A stretch of 63,677 bases of DNA, filler included, from Octopus bimaculoides (GCF_001194135.2; 8 parts of 8 records of this genome joined end to end with filler, not necessarily neighbours in it); one strand, 5' to 3'; numbered from the whole stretch's first letter, positions 24,503-39,504 are shown. The notes: generated from the letters alone by a model not told the origin. A program made the numbers and translations.

Positions 24503-26459
24503 GTTTGAAAGACACAGACCAAGCATTTATGAGAATGTTGAATTCATGCTTAGTTCGTGAGAAAGAATAACTTTGGGATGTCGACGTTGATGCTAAGAAT
24601 GCGTAAATGTATCTGGGTGAGTGTGTACGAGTGTGTACTTATGCATGATTATGTGATTTCAATGTATTTATAAAAATTAGGAAAACTTTATGGTGTAATT
24701 ATGGGTCTGTAACGATAGAAATATATGGGTTCTCAATAAAACTGCACCTATCCTAGCGTTTTAAAACTAATCTTGAGTTTGTTGTAGGCACTGCTAATTC
24801 ATATTTATTTCTTCACACATCATATAGACTTATTTAAGTTTTCCCAGAGACAACTTTGTCTCCTTAGAAAATAGTGGATTTCAAAGGTTTTCTTTTGAAT
24901 AGTTGGGCTGAGATGAATTGTGTTTCTTCTATTTGCTATTAAATGAATATTGTTCCCTATGTACTAGTAGTTCATGTAATGGACTAAAGACGCAACAAAA
25001 ATATATAAATGTTTGCCTGCGTGGAAATACTAATGCAACTGAACAATCAACATTAAACACTCATCGTTAAATTCAAGTCTGTTTCTTCGACGAGGTGTTG
25101 TTTTCAAGGTACAATTGCTTTTAGCGTTCTACTGATGAGGCATATTTAAGGAACTGCTGCTGCATTTTTATTTGTTTGCAGTATTGTATTTGAATTTAAC
25201 GTGTTCACATAAATGTTTAAATATATCTACCAAGAATAGGAATAAACCGAAATAATTTAAAGAAGAGGAATAACTAAATTTAACGAAAAATATATTAAAT
25301 AAGGGCGAAAAAATCATGTAACCTTTACGTAATAATGTCAATGGTTTGCTGATGGAATGTGCAAAAAGTCTTGGGTAAACAGGAACACAGCGATATCACC
25401 AAACAATCACCTTCCTTCATAAAAAAAAGAAGTTGGCATATGTGTTCATGTAGTAGTGCCATAAATTTAAAGGTAGCAGAGAGAGAGGAAGAAGAGTCAG
25501 AACAGAACACAGGGAGGACATAAGCGGCGTAGGGACCGAGAAAATGGTAGAGGGGAGGAAATTTCTCTGACATAGGGGGAAATAAACAAAGGTAAGAAAA
25601 ATGAAATGGAGAGAGGAGGGTAGTGGGTAAAGCTAAGGTCAGTGTGGTCAAAGTGTGCGGTCATGTTGGTCGCGAATCTGAATAAGCAGGCTTTCAATCA
25701 ATTATGGATGGTAGCTGGCTATACAGACAGGAAGAGACAAGTAATGAATGAAAGAAAAGGTGGTGGCGTAACAGAGGAAGAAATCTATTAAGAAACCTAC
25801 GCATCTCAAAGCAATCTTCTAAGCTCAGTGCATACTATTAGAACTATTTGCAAACTAGAATGCTAGTCTATGAGAAAACATGAGAAAAGAAGAAACAGAA
25901 GAAAGATGTATAGAAAGTTGATGCAAACAGAGGAACGCGAAAAAGAAAGAAAAGTAAGAAAACCAAGATCTGCGTCTCTTTACCTATAGAAATAATAATT
26001 AATTTAGCTGGAGCCTTATAATATACCGGAATAGAGACGAAAATCTATGAGATAACCACTCAATCCGGAGATGGTAGAGTCCTTCAGTTCTACAAAACAA
26101 ATTTTCCCATGTGCTTGCATTCGCTAAAAATTTCGGCTCTGTAGTTAAGTTGTGTGGTGTGAAATACTTGCTTTACATTTCTTTCTCTTATCACTTTTTG
26201 TGTCAGCATTCTTTGTGCATTTTTTTCTTTTTATCATGTTTTCTAATAAATCTTCATTTCAGTCTAATAGTGGTAAGCCTGGAACCTGACGATATTCTGG
26301 AAGAAACGTGGCACATTGAGAAGTCTACCAAACTTTTGTATCTCTACTCCATGACACTATTAGTAACTTTAAAAAAATGTTCTGTATATTGAATAATACT
26401 TATCTCTCACAAAATGGTATACTTTGTTCTGGATCTTACCTACAACGGAACAGTAAATT

Positions 26460-26552
26460 ATATATATAGTATATATACTATATATACTATATTATATATA
26501 TAGTATATATTCTATATATACTATATTATATATATAGTATATATACTATATT
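26460..26552. repeat. Nearly self-complementary AT minisatellite (about three units of TATATTATATATATAGTATATATACTA...)
   Basis: Read directly; the units contain TAGTATATATACTA palindromes. Confidence 0.8.
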
Positions 26553-29500
26553 CATAAAGATTATAATAATGAGAGGAATATAAACGTAATGGTAGATGCA
26601 GATATATGGGTGAAGGGTATTTGTGCATGTGTATTTAATTATGTATTAGCGAATAGTGTTGATTTCTTATACCGATGAAATATAAGTGTGTGTGTGTGTG
26701 TGTGTATGTGTGTGTGATAGAGTGAGGGAGAGTGCATGTATGAGGCAGTGTATTTGTGTGCACATGCGTATGCTTTTCTACGAAAATGTCGCTTATAATT
26801 GTACAGAATAAGAGAAGACATTTTCATATGTCCTGTAAGAAATATATTTATACTTTTTCCACATATATATGAATATCTACTCACGGGCTATAGAATTTTG
26901 AATGGTTTCGTTTAAGATTCGATCAATATTTGTGGAATGATTGAAAACGTTTATTATGCGTCATGGAAAGAAAAAATGCATATCAAATAGAAAACAATTG
27001 ATAGATATATTTCAACTTCAGTTGAAAGTTTTCATCTTTAATCTTCAATTTACGGATCACTTGACATTTACTTTTCTTATGGGAAAGCCAAGAATTAATT
27101 GGATCCTGTATTGTTATTCTTATTTATCCCGTTTTTCAGTGTAGGTGATATTAATATTTTCAAAATATATTTTAAGAAATATTTATTTGACAATTCTTAG
27201 ACTACTATATAGTGTCAGATACATCCAACGTGGAATCGTATCAGCAGGAGCGAGGTGAAAAACTGCAATGCATTTTTAAGTCACGTCTCATGAAGAAGTC
27301 TTTTCAAAATCTAGCGAGATAAATTATATTTTTCGTCTTTTTCTTGTCGCATTAAAAAAAATAACTCTCAAGTATTCTTGCAAATCCTTTGGAAATTCTA
27401 ATCCCACATACTGATTGCAAATTCTTATTATTTGATATATTTAATACCACTATTAAAGCAAGCTAGTTTTAATTTCCTCCAGTTTGGAAGAAAATACAAT
27501 CGACTTTAAATATCTCCACAACCGCAGGAGCATAATGGACTCCACTTGATGACAGAAAAATTACTGCCTCGTTTTGACCTTAACATTTGGGACAATAATC
27601 TTTTAGCTAGTGTTTATTTGATTGGACTATAAATATGATAACATTTAAAATATAGTGTCATCGAAAACGAATGCAAGCAACGTGCAAACAAAGCCTTATG
27701 CGAAATAAAGTTGAATTTTCAACTAAATCTACTGAGATCGATACTACAAAAAATTCAAATTAATTTATGCATAAGAAAATTTAATATCCAATTAATCCAG
27801 GTGCTTCATGAAATGTTGGCATATGCAGATGACGACTGAAAGCTGTGTAGCAATGGAAAGAGGAGAGAATTTTTTTGCAGCTGTGTGGCCTTTCAATGCA
27901 ATTTAGTCGACAGAATCAAATATAAAAAGAGATCAAATTTGGCTGGTTCTTAGTTGTATACATAAATGTTCTCTTCGTATAAATTTAGTGTAAAAATAGA
28001 TAAATGCGAACTAACAGGACAGTAAAAAAATAGTTGCGCTATAAATCTGTATGATATTCTCTGTCAACGTGTCATATATATTAAGCTAATATATATGATA
28101 GTTTCATAATGAATTTCTTTAAAAAATCATCTGAATTCTTTTCAAAGTGTATTTGTATATGAATGAGTTTGATCTACATTCTTCCAGCAAATTCATCATT
28201 CAATTCATGGGCATTTCTTTTAAACTGTTATTCCGAAATTGCATCCCCTAGCAATTAGAAATAGTGAACGATGTTGTGTGTAATAGACTAGACAAATCGT
28301 GAAAATTATTTAAAAATATTAAAAATATATAAAATTTACATTACTTCATTATATGCAATACTATTTGTAATTCTTGAAAATGAAAGAAGTGACTAAATGC
28401 CAACAGATCAAACCACACTCTAGCATCAGTTTTATTAATAGGAATCCAATTAAAATTTTATATATGTATATATGTATGTATCTATGTATTCTATCCTGGA
28501 ATTTTACGAGTCATATGAATAATACCTTTATTTATATCCATTTGCCAGATCGATGTCAATAGGAAACATAGCTTATGTATATAAGCCATATATAAGAGAC
28601 TGAGTATTTATTTACAGACGCATATATGTATGAATGTATATATTTATCTACAGACATATATGTACGAACGTATACATGATTGAATGTATATGTGCTTATA
28701 TATATATATGTGAACTTGTGTATGCATGAAGATGTTTATATATTTTGGATGCGTCTATAATTATGCATACATACACGTCACACTCGCAAATACATAAATA
28801 TATTTCTCAGTGACTTTGTACGCATTCTATTTATTCTATTCATTCTCAATTTAACTAATACGGACATATGTTTGTTTCTTTTTTTATACGAACATTGTAT
28901 TTGTTTATTTGCATATATAATACAGTGCTATAGAGATGAATAAATAAACACTTTTATGTTTTCAGCTGTTTAGATGCCTATGATTGTCATCTTTACAACA
29001 CTGCTTTCATTGATTGTTAAATAAACATATACTTGTATAAGACGTTTATACATGACAGCTTCCGCTGCCTTTTCTGTCTCTTTACATACATATATTTTTC
29101 CTTTGTCTTCCTCTATATAATACTTCCTACTCCAAATCTTTCACTTTCCCATCGACTTATTAACGAATCTTCTCTATCTATCACATTCGCACTTTCTCCC
29201 TTTGGTTTCCTCTAAGATATGTTGTACATTTCATATTGCTTCAAAATATTTTGAGCTTGACTATCTGGTTCACCCGGTGCATGTTATTCGTATCTTTATA
29301 GCTATTTTTCATTAAGTCATTCTCCTGCTCATGTTCTTCCTCCTCGTCTTGCTCGCCCTCCTCCTCCTCCTCCTCTTGTTCCTCCTCATCATCTTGCTCC
29401 TCCTCCCCCTCCACTNNNNNNNNNNNNNNNNNNNNNNNNNNNNNNNNNNNNNNNNNNNNNNNNNNNNNNNNNNNNNNNNNNNNNNNNNNNNNNNNNNNNN

Positions 29501-32235
29501 NNNNNNNNNNNNNNNNNNNNNNNNNNNNNNNNNNNNNNNNNNNNNNNNNNNNNNNNNNNNNNNNNNNNNNNNNNNNNNNNCCCCCCTCCACTTCCTCCTC
29601 CTCCTTCCCATATTGCTATTCCACCGCCTCTTTCTCCTCCACCTCTTTCTTCTTCATCACTCTCTTCGCCTTGTCTTTATTCTCCTCTGGCGCTATGTTA
29701 CTTTTTCTCTCACCGCTGGTATACGGTTCTTTACTATTTGCCTGCCACGAAACCAAATATGTGCATATCAATTCTGTTGTTAGTTTTAACCATATTTTCC
29801 CGTTTATGTATATCAGATTGGAAAATTCATTCAACTAACCAGTCAAACATTTAAGACTTCATTAAATATGCATTTGAAGAGGAATATGTATGTGTGTATG
29901 TATGTATGTATTTATGTGTGCAAGCTTGTGATAGCCTTATAATGAATGGTCTTCAGAATTACATTGGCTGGGGTGGGAAATTTGCAATGATACCGAGAGG
30001 ATACGAACCATGAAGTGTCGTTAACAAAAACATGCATAATAAATACAATAAATTTAACTTCCAAAACTGAAGCCTCCATATAATATAATATAATATAATA
30101 TAATATAATATGACATAATATTGTATAATATAATAAAACATAACATAATATAACATAATATGATATATGTGTGTGTGTCTGTTTGTGTATGTTTCTGTGT
30201 ATGTATAGGTATATATATATATAAGTGTGTGTGCGCGCGCTTGTGCGTCTGTGCGTGCGTGTGAGTGCGCGCGCGTGTTAGCATGATCTAGACATTATGG
30301 TACACGATTCGCGGACTGGCTGGCCCGTCATGTTCTTGAAGAAGTACTTAATTTCACATTGATCTGCGATTACTCCGATATCTGATGTGTAGCAGATTTC
30401 GACTTGTTGGAGAGCGTGAGTAAATGTGCAGCACATATATTTGATCACTATAAATAAATCATTTATGCAGGTTGTTCAACGAAAACAGAACTCCTCGGCA
30501 GGAGAATCCATCATATATATATATATATATATATACGTATATATAATACATATGTATGATATAGACACACAAGTGTATATGTATAAAAGTAAATCAGTTC
30601 GGGTGGATTTTACCGGAACCTTATGTAGTAGAGACGTGTCAAGAATTCACTCTGAGAATTATGTTAAGTGTACATGTGTCTGTGCACTGATTTTCCGTTT
30701 ACATGTTAAAGACCTGAATACCGTTCGTGATTGAATGTGATATATCATAAACACACACACACACACACACACACATGGATTCACGCATGCACGCACATAC
30801 ACACACATGTGTGTGTATATAATCCATAGATGAGATCCAGAGATATTCAGTATAGAAAACACTCAGTGGTGCTCAAATGATTCAAACTTAGGCTTTGATG
30901 TCTTCACAGGGGATCAATTGCGCAGGGTAAAGATTGACTATAAGAGAGATGAAGTTCAGCAGACATGGAGGCAATAATGCAGATGAACAAATTAAATATA
31001 TTAAATATTACAGCTTGGGTATGAAGTAGAAAATAAATATAATATATATACATGCAACGCGAGAGATATTTTATATATAAAGTAAAATCTTTCCGTATTA
31101 TTTTCCATTAAGATTGGGTCTCGAGATACGAGAAATGCTAACGACCAATATTTTTACCGGTCTTTAAGATCATAACCAGAATGTCATTAGCATCGAAGAT
31201 AAGCTTATGCTTACAATTGACTATATTTTTTAGAGGAATCACTTTCTTTAACTGAATTCGAAGCAAACTTATTTTGAAAGTAATCACAGCATGCAAAAAT
31301 GTTTTTAATATCTTTCTAAATACAATATAATCTTAGTATACACGCAGGTACATTCTGCTTGTATGAGTTCCAATTTAAAAATCTAAAATATAGATTTCTA
31401 TTATTTCAACCGATCTCATATTTCTTCGATGATAACAATGTAATTCCTAGATATTAGAATAATCCGATCGTAATATTGCAAATTCATTGCCGAAATATTT
31501 GTCCAAATCTATTAAAGCACACAATCTATGGTTACCTTCTCTTCTGTATCTTAAGTAAATTCTCAAAACAACTGTTATTCTCAAAACAACTTCTGTATAC
31601 ATTCTCTGTAGAACTCATTGCACTCTTGTAAATAATATGGGGGAAAGAATACTTAGTGAATTATAAATTTCATCAATAGTGTCATTGTTTAAGTTTTACC
31701 TAGCAGTGGCATTTACTTATATGTGAAATTTCGAAATCAGTAAAATGTAAGCGTATCCATCATATACGAAATCAATGGCCATTTTACTTATGTAATGTAT
31801 AATCAGTAATTTTATTTCCTCTCAACATAAAAAGTTGGTTACGTAAGATATTTTTGACAAAAGACAGAAAATGTTATCGTCACTTTATTAAATTCGTTTT
31901 TTTAAAATTATTTCTGCATTGCCAAATAAAAGGCATGCTGGAAGGTTTGACAGCATTAACATGAAGAATACATTTGACTAAGTTGCGAAACATAAAGATA
32001 AAAACATTATATTGTGAAAAAAGGACACTTATATAACAATATACATGCCATTTTTTTTACTATAAATACATAAATATATATATATATATGTATACATATA
32101 TGTATATATAAGTATGTATATATATATATATATATNNNNNNNNNNNNNNNNNNNNNNNNNNNNNNNNNNNNNNNNNNNNTTAATTAATTAANNNNNNNNN
32201 NNNNNNNNNNNNNNNNNNNNNNNNNNNNNNNNNNN

Positions 32236-32277
<42 letters not shown>

Positions 32278-32424
32278 TAATGCAAATAATAAATGAGTAT
32301 ATGCATATATACGTACATGTATGTGGATACCTCCATCTACCTGTATATATAGATGCATATCTGGGTACAGGACGTTACAAACAAAACGTAGACAAAAAAA
32401 ATAATAACCAGAGTACAGAAATGC

Positions 32425-33047
32425 ATGCCAGTCCCGCTGGACTGGCTCCTGTACAAGTGGCACGTAAAATACACCATTTTGAGTGTGGCCGTTGCCAGTA
32501 CCCCCTGACTGGCCTTCATGCCGGTGGCATGTAAAAGCACCCACTACACTCTCTGAGTGGTTGGCATTAAGAAGGGCATCCAGCTGTAGAAACTCTGCCA
32601 AATCAGATTGGAGCCTGGTGTAGCCATCTGGTTTCACCAGTCCTCAGTCAAATCGTCCAACTCATGCTAGCATGGAAGGCGGACGTTAAACGATGATGAT
32701 GATGATGATAGTGAGAATTTACAAAAAAACCAAAAGACGAAGACTGGTGTGTAAACAATAAACAGATGTATTAATTTAACTCTCAGGAAGTGAGAAAGTC
32801 TTTTACATATACATCTATATACATGTACATACATATACATATATATATGTGACTGGCCCATGTGCTGGTGGCACGTAAAAGCACCCACTACACTCTCGGT
32901 GTTGTTGGCGTTAGGAAGGGCATCCAGCTGTTGAAACTCTGCCAGATCAGATTGGAACCTCGTGCAGCCATCCGGTTCTCCAGTCCTTAGTCAAATTGTC
33001 CAACCCATGCTAGCATGGAAAGCAGACTTTAAACGATGATGATGATT
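32425..33047 (+). mobile_element. Two adjacent RTE-tail SINE copies (about 32425-32709 and 32848-33047)
   Basis: Each has GGCA-GTAAAAGCACCCACTACACTCTC...AAGGGCATCCAGCTGT-GAAACTCTGCC...CATGCTAGCATGGAA...TTAAACGATGATGAT. Confidence 0.85.
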
Positions 33048-33191
33048 ATATTTATATATATATATATATATACATATATATGTGAGTTGCGGGTAACTGC
33101 TATCTGTTGGAGTTTCAGCATTTTTAGCTGCTATTTCTGAACTTCGGTATGTGTTGAAGCAACCTGTTTGCTGATCCCTTAATTTTGTTTA

Positions 33192-33233
<42 letters not shown>

Positions 33234-34910
33234 TACATATATACACATTGTATATTGGAATTTTAATACACATATGTGAAACAAAACTGTTATAGACTAT
33301 GACACTATTCTTTGAGTGATGTATTGCACAATGATCTAGAATTCAAAACAAATTATCTTAGTAAGACAAAAATATAACTTGAGTAAAATAATTAACTCTG
33401 TAACATATACACACTGCTACTTATATGACCGAAGTCCTTTTGGTTGTTGCCTATGTAATTATAATGTTGAATATAATTTTCTTTCAAAAATTTGTACAGC
33501 TTATACACTCACAGTTCTCATACCTTATTATCACATTTATCATGTCAATGAAGATCTGATCTTTGAATCTGCTTGTATTACAGTTTTGAGAAATAATCTC
33601 TTTACTACATTGAATCTTCTTCCACAGCATTTTGGGACTTGCGGATCTAAAAGCAGAGATATTGATTTTCTACTAGATACTTTGAAATTAAATGCCAATT
33701 AACACTTTAACTGTAAAATTAAATTTTATGGTTATTCCAGTAATGATGTTAAATGTCTGTCAAAATATAAAATTAATATTTTCTGCAAGTCATGTTGTCT
33801 CAATAAACTTGACAATCTCAACAGAAAATAATTCCAAACATTATATCCCTCAACATAAGATAAATTGATATATGATAATGCTTTTTACAGTTGAGAATAA
33901 TGAAATTTTGAGTGGATATACCTGGTTTCTGCAGTAAAAGAGTTAAAATATTATTTCTCCCTAGACATAGGTACTAACTAGTATACAGCTCATAGGCTTG
34001 CTCCTCTGCCTGACCTGACCTTGTCCTGTTTAAGTATCATATTGTGTGATTTCTTAAATGCATATTGAAATCAATGGCCAATATTGAGTTTCTTACTTTT
34101 TATCTCATGTAACATTTGTTGGCTGTATAAAAAGAGTTTTATTTTTAAAGGTTTTGTTTAATTTTGTTTTATCATTTCCAAGATATTTGTGTCCAGAAAA
34201 GTCTATAATTCGATAAATCAACTGCTGTTGTAAGACCAACCTATTATTTCTGCCTGTATAGTTGTGGTTGAACTCCTTTTCTTTACATTTAGCTATCTGT
34301 TTAGTGAGGAATATACTTGTGTGGTGAATTCAACATGGTATTATAGACTGTTTTATGCCAGATATTATACACCAACCCAATCTGATGCTGATATTTCTGT
34401 AGTTCATTTATTTGTCAGAAATAGGTGCTGGATCATTTGGGAATGTTACATTTGATAGACCAGTCTCCTATCCAGGGTAAGATTCATCTCTCATCTGTTT
34501 CACCCAGTAAAACCTGAGCTGAATAAAAGAGGGACTTAGAGATTTTATGTTATATTTTATATTATACAATTTATACATTTTATATAAATACAATACTTGA
34601 ATCAGAACAGTTTGAAAGCAATGACAAAGTTAATGGAGGGGACTGATTCAAGGTGGGGTTCATGAATGCTTCTTGTTGCCTCCTCTAGCACTGCATACTA
34701 ATGAACCAGTCATTAATTATACTGTAGTTCCTTGTTGTGATGAGCTATACTAATTATGTTGGCTATTTACTGCCTGGTGGACTGAGTTAGCAAAAGTTAA
34801 ATGAGTTGGTCATTGACACACTAAATAAATTATCAACCCTTCACTTGGTAAACTAATGTTTTATTAACACAACCTACTGTGAGTGTTAAATATTATCCTT
34901 TTCATTTCAG

Positions 34911-35092
34911 CTGACACTCTCTCAGAAGATGAAGATGATTACATTGTCAGGGAAACTGGAGAAGGAGTTAGTGTATGTGCTGTACCCAGCTACAACCATA
35001 ATTCAGATTTTACTCCTACTCCAGGAGGACCGTTTTCAGCCCTTACACCGTCAATGTGGCCACAAGATATTTTGTCCAGATTAAACAACCCT
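34911..35092 (+). CDS. SGSM3: SGSM3 (small G protein signalling modulator 3 / RUTBC3) N-terminal coding exon
   Basis: Acceptor TTTCATTTCAG|CT and donor CCT|GTAAGT. The translation ...[27 protein letters not shown] matches the conserved SGSM3 N-terminus (human, from memory: [19 protein letters not shown]). Confidence 0.92.
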
Positions 35093-35851
35093 GTAAGTGC
35101 CTACCTGTTTTGTATCCTCACTCCATCTTCTTTGAAGAGATGATAAGAAAAATCACTATCTTTGTTTTAGTTGAAATAGGGTGGTAGGGAAGGCTTTACT
35201 GTATTAACTGTAATACTTAATTTTTTCTAACCTGGATCAGAGCTTTATGTTATGTTCTTAGATATGACATTAATTTTTCTTCTTTCTTTATCAACTAACC
35301 TATGTCTTTTATTTTCACAGTGAATTGTGAGAGCTGGGTGGGTAAATCTTAGTTTTAAGGAAGGAGAACATTCCAAACTATTTGGCATTGAAAAATAATA
35401 GGGAAGGTAAAAATGTTTATCATTTGACAATTTATGCTCAAGACCATTTCTGCCGTGGAGTTATTGTTAATTGAACTGCACCCCTCAGTAAATTACTGAG
35501 TGATGAAATGTGAAGTGTCATCCCCTAATGTAAACTAAACTTGGAGCAGCATGTACTAATGTGCTCCAGCTTGTAATAATGTGTGCCAAATTTGTCTTGC
35601 CAATGGTGTACAAATAACACACAGATGCTCACAAACATACACAAGCTCTATCACATGCAAGCATTAACATTTTATAAGATGTACTTACTACCTTTCTAAA
35701 GCCTATTCTTATGAAGAGGTTAGGATGTACTTTTGTCAACCACTTTTAGCAAATGATCTAATGTATAAGATTAAGATAGAGCACTCAGCCTTAGAATATA
35801 TATTTGGAAGAAAAATGATGTCTTATAAACCAGTATATATTGTATATTTAT

Positions 35852-36069
35852 CCCTTTAATATTCAGCTACTTTGTCAAATGTTATGCCTAATTATTCATA
35901 TTGCTTTGAATTAATCAAGAAGCATCTTGTAGCTTTGAGATTTTCATAATGTGATTGCTTATGTTTAGAAGGACATTGTAGGGTAGGTGTGAGTGGCTGG
36001 ATCTGGCTAGTTTGAACATGAAACATGTTGAATATTGTGGTTGGATATGGCAGTTTGAATACTAAAGGG
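35852..36069. mobile_element. piggyBac-type MITE, copy 2
   Basis: CCCTTTAA...CTAAAGGG|TTAA with the same internal ACATTGTAGGGTAGGTGTGAG as 5696; the left target site reads TTAT. Confidence 0.8.
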
Positions 36070-36398
36070 TTAAATGTTAGTGACCTATCAACAGAGTTTT
36101 CATTCCACACAGTATTCAAGGCAGCAGTATTTATATTTTTTTATATAAATGCAAGTGTATGTGGTTATATATATGTGTGTGGCCCTGAAAGGCTCTTTAT
36201 CAGTGCATTCTCGAGGAAAATGAATTTGATTTTTGACATTTGCTTCCCAAAGAGAAGGTCATCTGTAAAGAACAAGAAAAAATATAATTTGCTACAAGAA
36301 ATAACTCAACTTTTAGATTTTCAGCTCTCCGACTCTCTGTCTGTCACCATGAATCTTATCTCTCTCTGTTATTAACCACACTCTTTATCACACTCCCT

Positions 36399-36445
<47 letters not shown>

Positions 36446-37487
36446 TATCTCTCATGTATTGCTTTCATTTTGTTTAAAACATCATCTTCTAATGTATACT
36501 TTCATTTTATCACTGCAATTACTCACAAATCCTGTTTTCTGATAAGGTAAAAATGATCAAAATTTAAACCTCTGTGACATTTTTCTAAAATTTTTCTAGA
36601 ATAAATGAATTGCAAACTCGGATTCAGTATGAAAAAGTACATCAATATATTAAATTTGAAGATTTTGACTTAATTAAAAAATTTTAAAACCTGTGACAGC
36701 AACAGAAAAGATCTCTGTCTATCTCTTTCATTTTTGCTTTTCCCATGGTAAATTATTTCCCCCTCTCTGTGTATATTTACCACACTCTATCTCACACTTC
36801 ATAAAAGTATATCGCTCATGCTGAGTGTGTATTTGTCATTGTGTGTGTATGCATGTGTAATAAATTTCATTAGGGTGACAGAATGAGTTAAAAAAAGATA
36901 TGTGAAAGATAATTTGTTTGCTAGTGCAAACAGACTACATAGAACTCAAAACATGAGTATATATATTTTTATTTTTAAATGGTAGAAGTTCCACAGTGAT
37001 TCAAGAAATGAAAGTTTCATGCACTTTGTAACTTCTGATTAAAAATATTGAGTGTGTGTGTATGTATGTACATGTGCACATATGCACATACTCATTTACA
37101 CACCCTCTCTACATAGTTCAGAGATTACCATGAAACTCACTGTATGTCATCAATGAAAGAATTTTATTTAATAGAAATCATTGTGTTAGGGTGGGTGTGT
37201 TTCTCAGCCAGACTGATTAATTTCTTTCTCTTGAGACTTGAATACACTTCATCCTTCTCATCCTTTCCACACACTATTTATACTGAAGGGCAACATTGGT
37301 TTTGAAGTCAGTTTTCCTGTGAGTGTATGTGAATTTATGTATGTATACATGATAGCTGCAGGAATGGCCATGCACTTGTGCAGAAGCATGGTTGTGGTTT
37401 AGAACTTTGCATTAGAACCAGATGGTTCAGTGTTCATTCCTACTGTGTGGATACTGTTGGCTGGTGTCTTCTGTCATTGCACATTAA

Positions 37488-37696
37488 CACTTTAGTGTTC
37501 AGGTTATTCTATCAAACAATTCTTATTGATTCACATTGTTTTGAACATTATCTTGTAACTTCAAAAGTTCAATGATGTGATTGTTTATTTTTAGAATGAT
37601 GTTGTAGGGTAGGTGTGAGAGCCTGGATCTGGTCAGTTTGAACATAAAACAAATGGAAAATTTTGACTGGATATGGCTGGTTTAAATGCTAAAGGG
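37488..37696. mobile_element. piggyBac-type MITE, copy 3
   Basis: TTAA|CACTTTAG...GCTAAAGGG|TTAA with the same internal sequence. Confidence 0.8.
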
Positions 37697-38084
37697 TTAA
37701 CCAATTCACTTTGAGTGAAATTTGGTAGTCAGAAACTGTAAGAAGCTCATCATATATGTGTGTGTGTATGTGTGTGTGTGTGTGGTGTTTTCCCCTTGTC
37801 TTGACTTGTGCATGCTAATTCTAAAGTCATTATCATATAGACAGTGTGATTTGTTTAGAATTCTCTACGAAAACATATCTGGCCATTCAAGCTGTTTGCT
37901 GTTGGAAAGACTAGGGAAATATTACCTTGTTGGGAAACAGGTGAGAATTGCTGAAAGAAAAAGCATCTGGCTGTAGAAAAATCTACCTTAATAAACTTTG
38001 TGTTTCCCATACAAGCATGGAAACATGAACATTAAAACAACAATGTTGATGTGTGTGTGTGTGTATAAATATATACATCATCAT

Positions 38085-38460
38085 CATCATTTGAATGTCC
38101 ACTTCTTGAAGTTTGCATAGGTCAGACAGAATTCATTGAAGCAGATGTTTTGTGGCTGGATGCCCTTCATGTCTATAAGATATTTCTTGTTGCCCAGACA
38201 TGTTTTCATGGAATACTGGAAACAAATGCCACTCTTGTATGATGGTAATCCAACAATCATATGATGTCAAAACAAGGAAATACAATACACATACACACAC
38301 ATACACACATCGGGCTTATTTAAGTTTCTGTCTACCAAATTCACTTGCAAAGCTTTCATTGTACTGGAGTTATGGTTGAAAACACTTACCCAAGTTACCA
38401 TGCAATAGGACTGAACCTAAAACCTTATGGATGACAAGCAAACTTCTTAACTATACAGCC
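38085..38460 (-). mobile_element. SINE with a family-C head and a (GAT)n-type tail
   Basis: Minus-strand head GGCTGTATAGTTAAGAAGTTTGC; ends at the (CAT)n run near 38085. A related plus-strand copy lies at about 37730-38045. Confidence 0.65.
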
Positions 38461-39045
38461 TTTGTTGGTATGTACATTTGTGTATGTATATGACACATAC
38501 ACACACACACACACACACACAAATACATATATGAAAGCACATACATATCCCCTCTACAAGTACAGTGGGTTATGGTTAATGCGCTTGTCTTCTGAAAAGA
38601 CCAGGTTAAGTTGAAAGAACATGTCAAAACAAATATGATGGCCTACTAAGCATTAAATAGACATAATCACAATTCTATTTATATTGTGCTTTCAGTATTT
38701 GAAAGCAATGAACACAGATACTTAATGTTTTCTATAAATTCATGTGGATTTCTAATGAAATCTTTACTGGCATTGGAACATTAATTAAAAGCTCATAATG
38801 ATACCTAATGTTATAATTAATTAAACATCCATTTGGACTTTAGTTTTGATATCATCCTGCTTGAGACTGTCCTTGGTTCTATGATACAAACTTGCTATTT
38901 AAAGTGATCTAAATTAAAACTTTTGATCACATTTTCTTATTAATTTATGTTCCAAACATTAGCTTAATAATGTCAAAGTTATTTTACTTACTCTTCATTA
39001 TTTTGTAAATTATTTGTCACAATGGCAGTGTATTTAATAGAGTGC

Positions 39046-39365
39046 AGGTGCATGGCTTAGTGGTTAGAGTATTCAACTTACATTGTAACGTCATGAGTTC
39101 GATTCCTGGTGGTGTGTTGTGTCTTTGAGCCAGACACTTTATTTCACATTGCTCCAGTCCACTCAGCTGGTAAAAATGAGTAGTACTTGTATTTCAAAGG
39201 GCCAGCTTTGTCACATTCTGTGTCATGCTGAATCTCCTTAAGAACTATATTAAGGGCACATGTGTCTGTGAAGTTCTCAAGCACTTTCAGGTAAATCTCA
39301 CAAGCTGGCTGGTTCATTGATCGGATCAACTGAAACCCTCATTGTCATAATCAATGGAGTGCCAG
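39046..39365 (+). mobile_element. tRNA-derived SINE, family B, full length
   Basis: A box TGGCTTAGTGGTTAGAG and B box GTTCGATTCC. The 5' half is shared with family A; the 3' half is distinct. Confidence 0.85.
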
Positions 39366-39504
39366 TTGTTGTATTTAACATACATATCCTAACAATAGAT
39401 TTATATAATTGTATATCTTGATGAGTATATATGCTTATTCTCAAGTAACCAAACACATCTTTGAAGTTAGTATAATTTAATCTCCCAAAGACTAGTCTTT
39501 CACT

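Noticed and set aside
29241-29783. Glu-rich minus-strand ORF (EEEQDDEEEQEEEE)
   Set aside because: (CCT)n-type trinucleotide low complexity spanning a gap; no convincing exon boundaries.
30382-30415. Alternative phase-1 first exon for SGSM3 (MCSRFRLVGE|gtgagt)
   Set aside because: Phase-compatible, but such short matches are common in 15 kb; no independent support over the 24484 candidate.
33379-33702. 107-aa Cys-containing ORF inside the SGSM3 intron
   Set aside because: TTG start, no domain pattern, no splice-site support.
34911-35085. A second open frame overlapping the SGSM3 exon ([14 protein letters not shown]...)
   Set aside because: A single stop-free shadow frame over about 58 codons is expected by chance; no evidence of use.
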